A stretch of DNA of 64,000 bases from an uncultured Eubacteriales bacterium (lineage in GTDB: Bacteria; Bacillota; Clostridia; Oscillospirales; Acutalibacteraceae). The notes below the pieces were generated by a model that was given only the letters and a program-made list of their open reading frames with translations, was not told where the DNA came from and searched no databases. Below are positions 36,015 to 45,323 of this stretch, one piece after another (the stretch's first letter is position 1; each line of letters starts with the position of its first letter). The position numbers and the translations under genes were made by a program. Where the stretch lies: contig CAKSDJ010000001.1 of NCBI GenBank assembly GCA_934445015.1, forward strand, positions 17,985-81,984, written 5' to 3'.

Positions 36015-36829
36015 AATTTTTCTATGTCTGCCCCTTCTATTACAAAATTCTTTTCATATTCACCCAACAAAATGCTTGCCGTTTTTGCAAAGGCCGAGGT
36101 TTTGTCACTTACATAAAATTTATGTGACGGAACGGTTTTTCCGTCGTTAAGACTGTTTGATTTTTTAAGCGTTTCAAAAACTGCGCTCGCTGTTGAAACA
36201 CCCATATTTATGAGCGTTACACCGGTGCCTAAAACTTTTGATATTGCGTCTAAAAGCACGGGAAAATGCGTGCAGCCCAAAATAATTGTATCAACCTTTG
36301 CGTCTATCATAGGTTTAAGATAACGCCGCAAAGTCTCAAGCACTACGGAGTCGTTGCTGCCGGTCCATCCCTCTTCCACAAGAGATACAAGCAATGTTCC
36401 GCTTGACTCTGTTACCTCGGCATCGGGCAATAATTTAAGTATCTGATTTTTGTGAGCGCCGCTGCTTATTGTTGTGCTTGTAGCAAGCACACCGATTTTT
36501 TTGTTTTTTGTGGCGGCAACTGCCGCTTTTACGGAGTGCGAAACCACCTCTACAAACGGCACGGGCAATTGCTCTGCAGTGTCGGCTGCTACCGACGATA
36601 CCGTGCCGCAAGCCGCAACTATAAGTTTTACGTTGTGCGAAAGCAAAAAACGCTCATCCTGCAAGGCGTATTTACGTATAGTGTCACGACCCTTTGTGCC
36701 GTATGGCACACGACCAGTATCGCCGAAATAAACCACGTTTTCGCAGGGCAAAAGTTTTATTATTTCACGGGTAACCGTAAGGCCGCCGAGTCCCGAATCA
36801 AAAATACCGATAGCGCGATTATCCGCCAT
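36011..36829 (-). CDS. murI: Glutamate racemase
   Basis: The start is at MADNRAIGIFDSGLGGLTV, after an AAAGGGGGG RBS. VVACGT and GCTHFP carry the catalytic Cys motifs. Confidence 0.95.
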   Translation of the reverse strand: MADNRAIGIFDSGLGGLTVTREIIKLLPCENVVYFGDTGRVPYGTKGRDTIRKYALQDERFLLSHNVKLIVAACGTVSSVAADTAEQLPVPFVEVVSHSVKAAVAATKNKKIGVLATSTTISSGAHKNQILKLLPDAEVTESSGTLLVSLVEEGWTGSNDSVVLETLRRYLKPMIDAKVDTIILGCTHFPVLLDAISKVLGTGVTLINMGVSTASAVFETLKKSNSLNDGKTVPSHKFYVSDKTSAFAKTASILLGEYEKNFVIEGADIEKL

Positions 36830-36983
36830 AAACGGCCCCCCTTTCATAAACTATAAGTATTCATATTATGATACCATATAATACTGTTTTTATCAAGTGC
36901 TAATAATCCGCAATACTGACCAAAAATTTTTGCATTAAAGTTATTAATCGGACGGGGTCGAAGTGAAGAAATTGTTCTCGGAC

Positions 36984-37011
36984 AAAAAAGCACCCGTTGT
37001 ACAACGGGTGC
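36984..37011 (-). terminator. Rho-independent terminator after ireB
   Basis: The GCACCCGTTGTACAACGGGTGC palindrome is followed by TTTTTT on the minus strand. Confidence 0.8.
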
Positions 37012-37032
37012 AAATCAAACAGATAAATTATA

Positions 37033-37278
37033 TTATGCCGTAAGATAATAACGCACAAGCGATTGCAAAAGCGTGTCGCGGTCTATGCGGCGTATAAGAT
37101 TGCGTGCGTTATTATGAGTGGTAATATACGTTGGGTCCTCAGAAAGAATATAGCCGACTATCTGATTGATAGGATTATAACCTTTCTCTTTTAAAGAGTC
37201 ATAAACTACCGTAAGAATTCTGCGAATCTCCTGCTCGGTTTGGTCACCGATTGAAAATGTCATTGTTTTGTCGTTCAT
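37033..37278 (-). CDS. ireB: IreB family regulatory phosphoprotein (UPF0297)
   Basis: KGYNPINQIVGYILSEDPTYITTHNNARNLIRRIDRD is the signature of the family. ATG at 37278 lies 6 nt after GAGGTG. Confidence 0.88.
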   Translation of the reverse strand: MNDKTMTFSIGDQTEQEIRRILTVVYDSLKEKGYNPINQIVGYILSEDPTYITTHNNARNLIRRIDRDTLLQSLVRYYLTA

Positions 37279-37417
37279 AATAAGCACCTCACTTAGTATT
37301 TTTTCTTTATAACTATAATATACCTGCGTTTTAAAAAATTCAAGAAAAATTTTAATAATTATTGCTTAATTTTTTATTAAGATAAGACGGCAAATGAGGT
37401 TTTGCCGTCTTTCAAAA

Positions 37418-39808
37418 TTATTTGCGTAACTGGGCGCCCAATTTTTCAAGTTTTGATACAATTTTTGCGCTTGCTTCATCTATTTGCCTGTCTGTAAGGG
37501 TACCCTCGCCCGAACGCAGCCACACACTGTAAGCAACGCTTTTTTTGCCCTCGGGTATTTGCGAGCCCTGATATACGTCAAACAGTTCTGCCTTTTCAAG
37601 CAATCTGCCGCCGCCGCTTATTATTGCCTTTTCCAAATCGCCTACCGGCACATCTGCGTCGCATAGCATAGCAAAATCACGCTCAACAGCCGGAAATTTA
37701 GGAAGCGGTTTATAGGTGGTTTTGCGCTTGTTTATTGCATAAAGCACATCAAATTTAATTTCGGCAACGTAAACGCGGCAATCGATGCCGTAATTTTCAG
37801 CCACTTTGGGATGAACCTCGCCGAGCACGCCGGCGGGCGTGTTGTTGGCAAGCACTTCTGCCTGACGGCCCGGATGTAAATACGGCTCTGTGCTCCTTTT
37901 ATACTGCGTATGTGCGCCGAACAAAATCATAAGTTCTTCAACAATGCCTTTAAGCGTAAAGAAATCCTCATCTTTGCCGTAAATGCCTATGCAAAGGGTA
38001 GGCAGCTCATCGGGTTGCTCTGTAAGCGGCAACGATTTAGGTATAAAGCGCTTGCTCTCTTCAAAAAATCTGCCGGCAGTTATTTTGCGGTTTATGTTGG
38101 TTGCCATAACATTGAGCATACTTGTTACAAGTTGAGTCCGCATAACCGAATACTCATCGCCCAAAGGATTGATAAGTTTTATTGCTTTTCTGCGCTCATC
38201 GTTTTCAGGCAGCAGCAACGTATCAAGCGCTCCCGATGATATAAACGAGTACGTGGCGGTTTCATTGCAGCCCATACCGCATAAAAGCGCTTTCATTTTG
38301 TCGGATTTAATGCGTGAAGGCAGTTTTTTGCCGCGAATCACATCGCCGCGCATAGGTGTGCCTACAATATGGTCATAACCGTATATACGCATAACCTCTT
38401 CGGCTATATCCGCCCTGCCCTCAATATCGTCGCGTATAGACGGAACCCTTACGGTAAGAACGCCGTTTTTTGCAACTGTTTCAAGACCGAGACTGTTTAA
38501 GATCTCAACCATTTTTTCTTCGGGTATGCTGACGCCTAAAAGTCCGGTGACGCTTTCGGAGCTGACATTTAAAATTTTATCTTCGGGCAAGCCGAGATTT
38601 TTGTCAAGTGTGCCTTCTATAATGTCGCCGGCGTCAAGTTCGTATATAAGCTGCAGCGCGCGGTCCATAGCGAAACCGACGTTTATAATATCTACGCCCT
38701 TTTCAAAACGTCCGCTTGCCTCGGTGCGGATACCGAGCGAACGGCCTGTTTTACGCACGCTGTCGCGGCGGAATTTTGCCGCTTCAAGAAACAGATCCTT
38801 TGTATCGTCCTCGATTTCACTTTCTTTGCCGCCCATAATACCTGCAAGGCAAGACGGCTTTTCGCCGTCGGCTATAACCAGCATATCTGCGGTAAGCACA
38901 TAATCTTTGCCGTCAAGAGTGGTTATTTTTTCACCCTCACGTGCATTGCGGACAATTATTTTTTTATCTGCCAGATCATTATAATTGAATGCGTGCATAG
39001 GCTGACCGGTTTCAAGCATAACAAAATTTGTTATATCGACTATGTTGTTTATCGGTCGCATACCGGATGCGGTAATTGCCTTTTGCATCCACGCAGGTGA
39101 CGGTTTTATACGCAGGTTTTTAACAACCCTGCCTACATATCGGGGGCAAAGGTCATAATTCTGAACATCGACGTCTATATAATCTTTTATATTTTCGCCA
39201 ACGGTTTTATATGTCGGAACAGGCGGATGATATTTGCTTTTCAGAACTACCGAAGCCTCTTTTGCAACGCCCAAAAAGCAGTTGCAATCAGGGCGGTTTG
39301 CCGTAATCTTAAAATCTATAACATAATCGTCAAGACCTAAAACCTCACGCATATCGGTGCCCGGTGTCCACTCGTCTTTAAGTATCAGAATTCCGTAAAC
39401 CGAGGCGCCTTCATAATCGTCTTCGGTAAGGCAAAGTTCTTCGCCGGAGCAAAGCATACCGTTAGATTCCGCGCCGCGCAGTTTGCCTGCCTTGATGTGC
39501 ATACCGCAGGGCAAGTCGCTGTTATCAAGCGCAGCCGGCACAAGGTCGCCCTCTTTAATATTCTGAGCGCCGGTAACAATCTGCACCGTTTTACCGCCGC
39601 CTATATCCATTTGACAAATCTGCAAGTGGTCGCTGTCGGTATGGGGTTCGATTTTTAAAATACGTGCCGCAACAACGTTTTTAATATTTTCGCCCTCGGC
39701 CTCAATGCTTTCTACCTCAAATCCCGCCATAACCATACGGTCGCACAGTTCATTTACGGGAACATTTATATCTACATAATTTTTTAACGCTTTAAGTGAA
39801 ATTTTCAT
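37418..39808 (-). CDS. pheT: Phenylalanine--tRNA ligase beta subunit
   Basis: A 796-aa protein with the tRNA-binding, B3/B4, B5 and FDX-ACB domain order. It sits directly downstream of pheS. Confidence 0.97.
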   Translation of the reverse strand: MKISLKALKNYVDINVPVNELCDRMVMAGFEVESIEAEGENIKNVVAARILKIEPHTDSDHLQICQMDIGGGKTVQIVTGAQNIKEGDLVPAALDNSDLPCGMHIKAGKLRGAESNGMLCSGEELCLTEDDYEGASVYGILILKDEWTPGTDMREVLGLDDYVIDFKITANRPDCNCFLGVAKEASVVLKSKYHPPVPTYKTVGENIKDYIDVDVQNYDLCPRYVGRVVKNLRIKPSPAWMQKAITASGMRPINNIVDITNFVMLETGQPMHAFNYNDLADKKIIVRNAREGEKITTLDGKDYVLTADMLVIADGEKPSCLAGIMGGKESEIEDDTKDLFLEAAKFRRDSVRKTGRSLGIRTEASGRFEKGVDIINVGFAMDRALQLIYELDAGDIIEGTLDKNLGLPEDKILNVSSESVTGLLGVSIPEEKMVEILNSLGLETVAKNGVLTVRVPSIRDDIEGRADIAEEVMRIYGYDHIVGTPMRGDVIRGKKLPSRIKSDKMKALLCGMGCNETATYSFISSGALDTLLLPENDERRKAIKLINPLGDEYSVMRTQLVTSMLNVMATNINRKITAGRFFEESKRFIPKSLPLTEQPDELPTLCIGIYGKDEDFFTLKGIVEELMILFGAHTQYKRSTEPYLHPGRQAEVLANNTPAGVLGEVHPKVAENYGIDCRVYVAEIKFDVLYAINKRKTTYKPLPKFPAVERDFAMLCDADVPVGDLEKAIISGGGRLLEKAELFDVYQGSQIPEGKKSVAYSVWLRSGEGTLTDRQIDEASAKIVSKLEKLGAQLRK

Positions 39809-39823
39809 ATTGTTACCCCCTTA

Positions 39824-40843
39824 TCAGAACTGGTCAAGAAAACGCTTGTCGTTTTCAAAAAGCAGACGAATATCGCTTATTTTATAACGGGTCGTTGTAA
39901 GTCGGTCAAGACCTATACCGAATGCAAATCCGCTGTAAACCTCAGGGTCAATACCGCACGAACGCAATACATTGGGATGTACCATACCCGCACCAAGAAT
40001 TTCTATCCAGCCGGCTCCCTTGCATACGCGGCAACCCTTGCCGCCGCACTCACTGCAGGAAACGTCAACTTCAACCGAAGGCTCCGTAAACGGGAAGAAC
40101 GACGGGCGGAATTTTACCTTTGTTTCAGGGCCGTAAATTTCATGTGCAAACTGTTCAAGCACACCTTTTAAATCGCACATTGTAATGCCTTTGTCAACAA
40201 CAAGCCCCTCTATTTGATGGAACACGGGCGAATGGGTCGCGTCAACCTCATCCGCACGGAAAACACGGCCCGGACAAATGACGCGGATAGGCGGTTTACG
40301 CGTTTCCATAGTCCTTATCTGAGCAGCTGAGGTCTGCGTGCGGAGCAGCAGATTTTCAGCCAGATAAAACGTATCCTGCATATCGCGTGCGGGGTGGTCG
40401 GCAGGCACGTTAAGGCATTCAAAATTATAGTGGTCGGTTTCAACCTCTGGTCCGTCTACAACGTCAAATCCCATAGATTGAAAAATATCTATCATATCGT
40501 TAAGAACAATGTTAAGCGGATGCAGTTTACCGGGTTTTGACACCTTTGCCGGCATTGTTATGTCTATGGTTTCTTTTTGCAGTTTGAATTCTGTTGCTTT
40601 GGCGTTCATTTCTCGTATTTTTTCGCCGAGAGCCGCGTCAACCTCATTTTTAACACTGTTTACAAGCTGACCCATAACCGGTCTTTGCTCAGCCGCAAGC
40701 GAGCCCATCATTTTTAAAAGCGCCGTAAGACCGCCTTTTTTTCCGAGGTATTTCACCCTGATGTTTTCACAGTCTTCGCCGTTTTCGGCGGCAGATATTG
40801 CCGCAAGTGCCTCGGCCTTGATCTGTTCAAGTTTTTCCTTCAT
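39824..40843 (-). CDS. pheS: Phenylalanine--tRNA ligase alpha subunit
   Basis: Class II motifs (HPARDMQDTFY, FRPSFFPFTEPS, GAGMVHP..GFAFGIGLDRL). Confidence 0.97.
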   Translation of the reverse strand: MKEKLEQIKAEALAAISAAENGEDCENIRVKYLGKKGGLTALLKMMGSLAAEQRPVMGQLVNSVKNEVDAALGEKIREMNAKATEFKLQKETIDITMPAKVSKPGKLHPLNIVLNDMIDIFQSMGFDVVDGPEVETDHYNFECLNVPADHPARDMQDTFYLAENLLLRTQTSAAQIRTMETRKPPIRVICPGRVFRADEVDATHSPVFHQIEGLVVDKGITMCDLKGVLEQFAHEIYGPETKVKFRPSFFPFTEPSVEVDVSCSECGGKGCRVCKGAGWIEILGAGMVHPNVLRSCGIDPEVYSGFAFGIGLDRLTTTRYKISDIRLLFENDKRFLDQF

Positions 40844-40849
40844 AATCTG

Positions 40850-41170
40850 TCTCCTTTTCGGTATGTTTTTTGCCCGTAAATGATTTAGAACATTTTAAAC
40901 GTGTTTAAATACAAAAAGACTCCGCCCCGATAAACAGGGCGAAGTCTGTAAAAACGACTCCGCGGTACCACCCGCATTTTCGCTCAAAGAGCAAACACTC
41001 TTTTCGGTCTGTAACGGAACCGACTGCCCGTTAACGCTTACTTTTTTGTTCGGCGTTACTGCTCAAAAGGGAACTTCAAACTACGGCAAAATAGGTTGCT
41101 TACAGCCTGCGGCAAACCCTCTCTTAAAATTGCGGATAGTTCTACTTTTCTTTATCAGCGCATTTATCAA
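40850..41170 (-). promoter_or_regulatory. T-box riboswitch leader controlling pheS-pheT
   Basis: On the minus strand: GA/K-turn element GCGCUGAUAAAGAAAAGUAG, AGAGAG box, and the conserved T-box sequence AAAAUGCGGGUGGUACCGCGGAG (plus strand 40961-40973 = CGCGGTACCACCC), which overlaps the 5' side of the terminator. Confidence 0.85.
40913..40946 (-). terminator. T-box leader terminator
   Basis: On the minus strand: GACTTCGCCC-TGTTTATC-GGGGCGGAGTC followed by TTTTT. It competes with the T-box antiterminator. Confidence 0.8.
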
Positions 41171-41177
41171 CAAACAA

Positions 41178-41205
41178 ATTATAACACAGTTTTTAAAAAA
41201 TGCAA
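41178..41205 (-). promoter_or_regulatory. Sigma-A-type promoter of the pheST leader
   Basis: On the minus strand: TTGCAT, a 16-nt spacer, then TGTTATAAT (extended -10). Confidence 0.55.
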
Positions 41206-41332
41206 GTGTTTTTTGCCTAAGCAGGCACTTTGCAAAAAACAAACGCAGGCAAGGCCTTAAAAGCATATAAACAGGCACTTTGCGTTTTTACCATACACCT
41301 TACTGTGTTTGCAAAATACGCGCGCTTCACAC

Positions 41333-42214
41333 TCAAAGCGCATTTGAAAGGTCCGCCAATTGCTCCATAGTGAGTGCTTCACCGCGAACGGTTTCGGGTA
41401 TTTTGGCGGTTTCAAGCGCTTTGCGCAGAATATCCTTTTCAACGCCCAAAGTATTGCATAAAGTATTGATAAGTATTTTTCGCCGCTGTGCAAAACACGC
41501 TTTTACAATTTTAAAAAACAGTTTTTCATCTTTAACATTTACGGGGCTGTTTTTTCTGAGCGTAAGTTTTATAACCGCCGAATCAACATTAGGCGGCGGC
41601 ATAAAAAATGTTCGCGGAACATTAAACAGCAATTCGGCACACGCATAATAATTTACCGCAACGGTAACCGCGCCGGCAGCGCGTGTACCCACGGCGGCAC
41701 AAAGGCGGTCGGCTGCCTCTTTTTGCACCATAACCGCAATAGTGTTTATCGGCAAACGGCTTTCAAGCAACATCATAATAACGGGCGACGTAATATAATA
41801 AGGCAGGTTTGCGCATACATTTATTATATCGCAATCGCAAAACTCATCTTCAAACAGTTTTTTAAGGTCGGTTTTGAGTATATCGCCCCATATAATTTTT
41901 ACGTTTTCACAATCGGATACTGTTTGACCCAGCACAGGCTTGAGCCGTTCGTCAAGTTCTACCGAAACAACCTTTTTGCAGTTTTGCGACAGTTGCGCCG
42001 TAAGCACGCCGGCTCCGGGGCCTATTTCAAGCACGCCCGTGTTTTCACCTGCAACGGCGGCAGCCATTCGCGGACAGACCGTGTCATCGGTCAAAAAATT
42101 TTGCCCCAATGATTTTTTAAATGAAAAACCCTGACCTTCAAGCAGGGTCCTTAAATCTTTTTTATCCGAAATTTTCAATCTATCACCCGTTTTGCGTTGT
42201 TTTGTATAAATCAT
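41333..42214 (-). CDS. rsmA: 16S rRNA (adenine1518/1519-N6)-dimethyltransferase RsmA/KsgA
   Basis: GFSFKKSLGQNFL, VLEIGPGAGVLT (SAM motif) and NLPYYITSP. The start is uncertain: ATG at 42214, or TTG at 42178 preceded by GGGTGA. Confidence 0.93.
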   Translation of the reverse strand: MIYTKQRKTGDRLKISDKKDLRTLLEGQGFSFKKSLGQNFLTDDTVCPRMAAAVAGENTGVLEIGPGAGVLTAQLSQNCKKVVSVELDERLKPVLGQTVSDCENVKIIWGDILKTDLKKLFEDEFCDCDIINVCANLPYYITSPVIMMLLESRLPINTIAVMVQKEAADRLCAAVGTRAAGAVTVAVNYYACAELLFNVPRTFFMPPPNVDSAVIKLTLRKNSPVNVKDEKLFFKIVKACFAQRRKILINTLCNTLGVEKDILRKALETAKIPETVRGEALTMEQLADLSNAL

Positions 42215-42319
42215 TATATAAAATACCGGCACTTCTTTCAAGAAATTTTTTAGATGACAAACCGGAATATTTGTGTTATAATGATACAAATAAAAAATTT
42301 TTGGATGTGTTTATTTAAA

Positions 42320-43069
42320 ATGGATAACAGATACTTAAAAAACGTAATCGGCGAAATGCAACCTTTTTTTGATGAAAACGGCTTTAAGCCCGACTCAAAC
42401 GGCGTATATAAAAGCGATAAAAAAGCGGTTGCGGTTGAATACGACGACGAAAAACAGATGTATATTTTAAAAACCGGCGATATAAATGACGACGGCGGTT
42501 TTGAGTTGGAGCAATCGGACGCATGGCTTTTTGACGACAGCCAGAACGAATCCGACGCCGCATCGGTAGGCGTAGGATTTGTGTCAACTTTAAGATCTTT
42601 GCTTGGTATTAAAAGCACCCGTTCACGCGCGGCAGCAAGCGCGGTTGACCTGCCTACGGTTTCAAAAGACGGCAATTACAACATAACCGCGTTTACCAAA
42701 AAGGTTCTTGATGTTTTTCCGTCGCTTAAAGACGATTACAAAGAACATATAGCGGTTTACGGCAATTTTTTGTACCTTAACTTTTTCGGTGAAAAACTTG
42801 TTCCGCAAATAAAAACCGTTCTTAAAGAGAATAATAAAAAAGCGGTCAAAAAACTTTTTGACGTATTACAAAACGGATATTTGCAGGGCGACCGCGACAC
42901 TGTTAACACAATAGTTGCCGTTACGGCAGCCGCCTGTGTAAACGATGATGAGTTAAAGGCAAATGCCGTTGCCGCACTCGGCGACAACACCCACTTTGCC
43001 GAGGCGTTCACACAGTTTATACCCGTAATTCTTTCAAACAAAAAATTAAAAGCAGCCTTAATAAAATAA
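42320..43069 (+). CDS. Hypothetical cytoplasmic protein
   Basis: The coding frame is coherent, and I set the start at MDNRYLKNVIGEM. It has no TM segment or motif I recognise. It ends 11 nt before the SPFH gene. Confidence 0.65.
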   Translation: MDNRYLKNVIGEMQPFFDENGFKPDSNGVYKSDKKAVAVEYDDEKQMYILKTGDINDDGGFELEQSDAWLFDDSQNESDAASVGVGFVSTLRSLLGIKSTRSRAAASAVDLPTVSKDGNYNITAFTKKVLDVFPSLKDDYKEHIAVYGNFLYLNFFGEKLVPQIKTVLKENNKKAVKKLFDVLQNGYLQGDRDTVNTIVAVTAAACVNDDELKANAVAALGDNTHFAEAFTQFIPVILSNKKLKAALIK

Positions 43070-43080
43070 ACTTTTAAAGG

Positions 43081-44040
43081 ATGATTTTTATGGAATTTAT
43101 TTTTATTCCTATCGCTGTTGCAGTGCTGTTGCTCATAATGTGCAACGTTCGCATTGTTCCGCAGGCGACTCAGTTTGTAATCGAGTTTTTGGGCAAATAC
43201 AAATGCACCTGGGATGCCGGTATCCACGTAAAAGTTCCGTTTCTTGAGCGTGTAGCCGCGCGCATTACGCTTAAAGAGCAGGTTATGGACTCGCCGCCGC
43301 AACCCGTTATCACCAAGGATAACGTTACAATGCAAATCGACACTGTTGTGTTTTTTCGCATATTTGACGCAAAACTTTACACCTACGGCGTTGTAAACCC
43401 CGTTAAGGCGCTTGAAAACCTTACGGCTACCACACTGCGTAACATTGTAGGCGAAATGGAACTTGACGGCACCCTCACTTCAAGAGATATAATAAACTCA
43501 AAAATGGCGGTTATTCTTGACGAGGCGACCGACCAATGGGGTATGAAAGTAAGTCGCGTTGAGCTTAAAAATATTATTCCGCCTGCCGAAATTCAAAACG
43601 CTATGGAAAAGCAAATGAAAGCCGAACGCGACCGCCGTGAAACGCTTTTACAGGCTGAGGGCCACAAAGCCGCTGCCATTACAAGAGCAGAAGGCGATAA
43701 ACAGGCTATGATTCTGGCTGCCGAAGGCGAGCGTGACGCACGCATAGCAAGGGCAGAGGGCGAGGCCAAAGCAATATATTTATCAAAAAAAGCCGAGGCA
43801 GACGGTCTTGCAGCACTTAAAAACGCAGGCGTTGACGCCGCCGTGTTAGAACTAAAAAAATACGAGGCGCTTGTTAATATGTCAAACGGCACCGCGGCAA
43901 AACTTATAATTCCCACCGACGCCGTAAACACCGTTACAAACAACGCCATCTTCAACGAAACGACAGGACTCGGCGATAACACAAAGTCTGCGCCCAAACC
44001 AAAACCCACACCCAAACACGACGAGTGTTGTGACGAATAA
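43081..44040 (+). CDS. SPFH/Band 7 (stomatin-like) membrane protein
   Basis: N-terminal TM segment, an SPFH core (ITKDNVTMQIDTVVFFRI..LRNIVGEMELD..), an Ala/Glu coiled-coil, and a C-terminal KPKPTPKHDECCDE tail. Confidence 0.9.
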   Translation: MIFMEFIFIPIAVAVLLLIMCNVRIVPQATQFVIEFLGKYKCTWDAGIHVKVPFLERVAARITLKEQVMDSPPQPVITKDNVTMQIDTVVFFRIFDAKLYTYGVVNPVKALENLTATTLRNIVGEMELDGTLTSRDIINSKMAVILDEATDQWGMKVSRVELKNIIPPAEIQNAMEKQMKAERDRRETLLQAEGHKAAAITRAEGDKQAMILAAEGERDARIARAEGEAKAIYLSKKAEADGLAALKNAGVDAAVLELKKYEALVNMSNGTAAKLIIPTDAVNTVTNNAIFNETTGLGDNTKSAPKPKPTPKHDECCDE

Positions 44041-44054
44041 TCTTTGATTTTATT

Positions 44055-44087
44055 GAGGTATCTGTTTTATCGGATACCTCTTTTTTA
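44055..44087 (+). terminator. Rho-independent terminator after the SPFH gene
   Basis: GAGGTATC-loop-GGATACCTC followed by TTTTTT. Confidence 0.85.
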
Positions 44088-44150
44088 TCAAATGTCGCTG
44101 CCCTACATTTGTTTTTTAAAGGCAGTCCGCATTTTAACACGGCGCTTATA

Positions 44151-44193
44151 TAAAAAATCAGAACAGGTACAGAGTTGTTCCGCGCCTGTTCTG
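44151..44193 (-). terminator. Rho-independent terminator after the rubrerythrin gene
   Basis: CAGAACAGG-17 nt-CCTGTTCTG, followed on the minus strand by ATTTTTT. Confidence 0.7.
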
Positions 44194-44221
44194 CAATCAA
44201 AGATTTATTTTGACTTTTCTG

Positions 44222-44764
44222 TTATTTAAAATATCTGCCGAGTAAGCCCTCAAACGCTCTGCCGTGGCGGGCTTCGTCGCGTGCCATTTCATGAACTGTA
44301 TCGTGAATTGCATCAAGGCCGAGTTCTTTTGCAAGTTTTGCAAGTTCAAATTTGCCCTTTGTTGCACCGTTTTCGGCATCAACGCGCATTTCAAGATTTT
44401 TCTTTGTTGAATCGGTAATTACTTCACCCAAAAGTTCTGCAAATTTTGCTGCGTGTTCAGCCTCCTCAAAAGCGGCCTTTTCCCAATAGAGTCCGATTTC
44501 GGGATAACCTTCACGGTGGGCAACACGTGCCATTGCAAGGTACATACCGACTTCGCTGCACTCGCCGTTAAAGTTTTCACGCAGACCGTCGATTATTCTT
44601 TGGTCAACGCCCTTTGCAACACCCACAATATGCTCTGCTGCCCATGATTTTTCACCCGACTGCTCTGCAAACTTACTTGCAGGCGCATGGCAGATAGGGC
44701 ACTCTGCCGGTGCTTCTTCACCTTCATAAACATAACCGCAAACTAAACATACAAACTTTTTCAT
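44222..44764 (-). CDS. rbr: Reverse rubrerythrin (N-terminal rubredoxin domain plus C-terminal diiron ferritin-like domain)
   Basis: [15 protein letters not shown] (a rubredoxin Cys4 site) comes first, followed by the diiron ligand blocks [17 protein letters not shown] and [12 protein letters not shown] at 44764 lies 7 nt after GGAGG. Confidence 0.9.
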   Translation of the reverse strand: MKKFVCLVCGYVYEGEEAPAECPICHAPASKFAEQSGEKSWAAEHIVGVAKGVDQRIIDGLRENFNGECSEVGMYLAMARVAHREGYPEIGLYWEKAAFEEAEHAAKFAELLGEVITDSTKKNLEMRVDAENGATKGKFELAKLAKELGLDAIHDTVHEMARDEARHGRAFEGLLGRYFK

Positions 44765-44793
44765 AACTTTTACCTCCAAGAATTTTTTTAATT

Positions 44794-45186
44794 TTATTTT
44801 TTATCAAATTCAGCCTTTTGGCTGCAATTTTTGCAAATACCGTAAACCACGCAAACCTGAGTTTCGGGTTTAAAGCCGTTGTAACGGGCAAACTCATTAA
44901 GAGCGTCATCACAAACATTTACGTCAATTATTGCACCGCAGCGTCGGCAGTGCTGATGCAGATGAAAAGAAATATCGCCGTCAAAGTGTTCAACCCCATC
45001 GCCGACCGACACGCTGAGTATGTCGCCGTTTGCCACAAGTTCCGACAAGTTGCGGTATACAGTACCTAAACTTATATTCGGAATTGTTTTTCGCACGCCT
45101 TCATAAACCTGAGCGGCGGTCGGATGATCGCAACGGCTTTGCAACTCTTTAAGCACGGCTTCGCGTTGCCTTGAATAATGTTTCAT
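44794..45186 (-). CDS. perR: Fur family transcriptional regulator, PerR-like
   Basis: Winged helix ([27 protein letters not shown]), an HxH block (FHLHQH), and structural CxxC pairs (CRRC, CKNC). It sits immediately upstream of the rubrerythrin gene. Confidence 0.85.
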   Translation of the reverse strand: MKHYSRQREAVLKELQSRCDHPTAAQVYEGVRKTIPNISLGTVYRNLSELVANGDILSVSVGDGVEHFDGDISFHLHQHCRRCGAIIDVNVCDDALNEFARYNGFKPETQVCVVYGICKNCSQKAEFDKK

Positions 45187-45205
45187 ATTTCACTCCTTTT
45201 ACATA

Positions 45206-45224
45206 ATCAGTAATCATTACTGAT
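45206..45224. promoter_or_regulatory. Perfect 19-bp palindrome, candidate Fur-family (PerR) operator
   Basis: ATCAGTAAT-C-ATTACTGAT has the TAATnATTA core of Fur/PerR 7-1-7 boxes. It lies between the predicted perR -10 and the perR RBS. Confidence 0.5.
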
Positions 45225-45235
45225 TTGTTGATTTT

Positions 45236-45263
45236 ATTATAACACAGCTTTTTTGTTTGTCAA
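45236..45263 (-). promoter_or_regulatory. Sigma-A-type promoter of perR-rbr
   Basis: On the minus strand: TTGACA (45263-45258), a 16-nt spacer, then TATAAT (45241-45236). Confidence 0.5.
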
Positions 45264-45271
45264 GTATTTTC

Positions 45272-45300
45272 TTGACATTTTTTTAAAAATTATTTAAAAT
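45272..45300 (+). promoter_or_regulatory. Sigma-A-type promoter of rex
   Basis: TTGACA (45272-45277), a 17-nt spacer, then TAAAAT (45295-45300). Confidence 0.55.
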
Positions 45301-45304
45301 AAAC

Positions 45305-45323
45305 TTGTTAAACTTTTTAACAA
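45305..45323. promoter_or_regulatory. Rex-operator-like inverted repeat
   Basis: TTGTTAAA-CTT-TTTAACAA is a perfect 8-3-8 repeat. Its half-sites, TTGTTAA / TTAACAA, are those of clostridial Rex boxes, but the spacing is 1 nt longer than the 18-bp consensus. It starts 5 nt after the rex -10. Confidence 0.55.
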
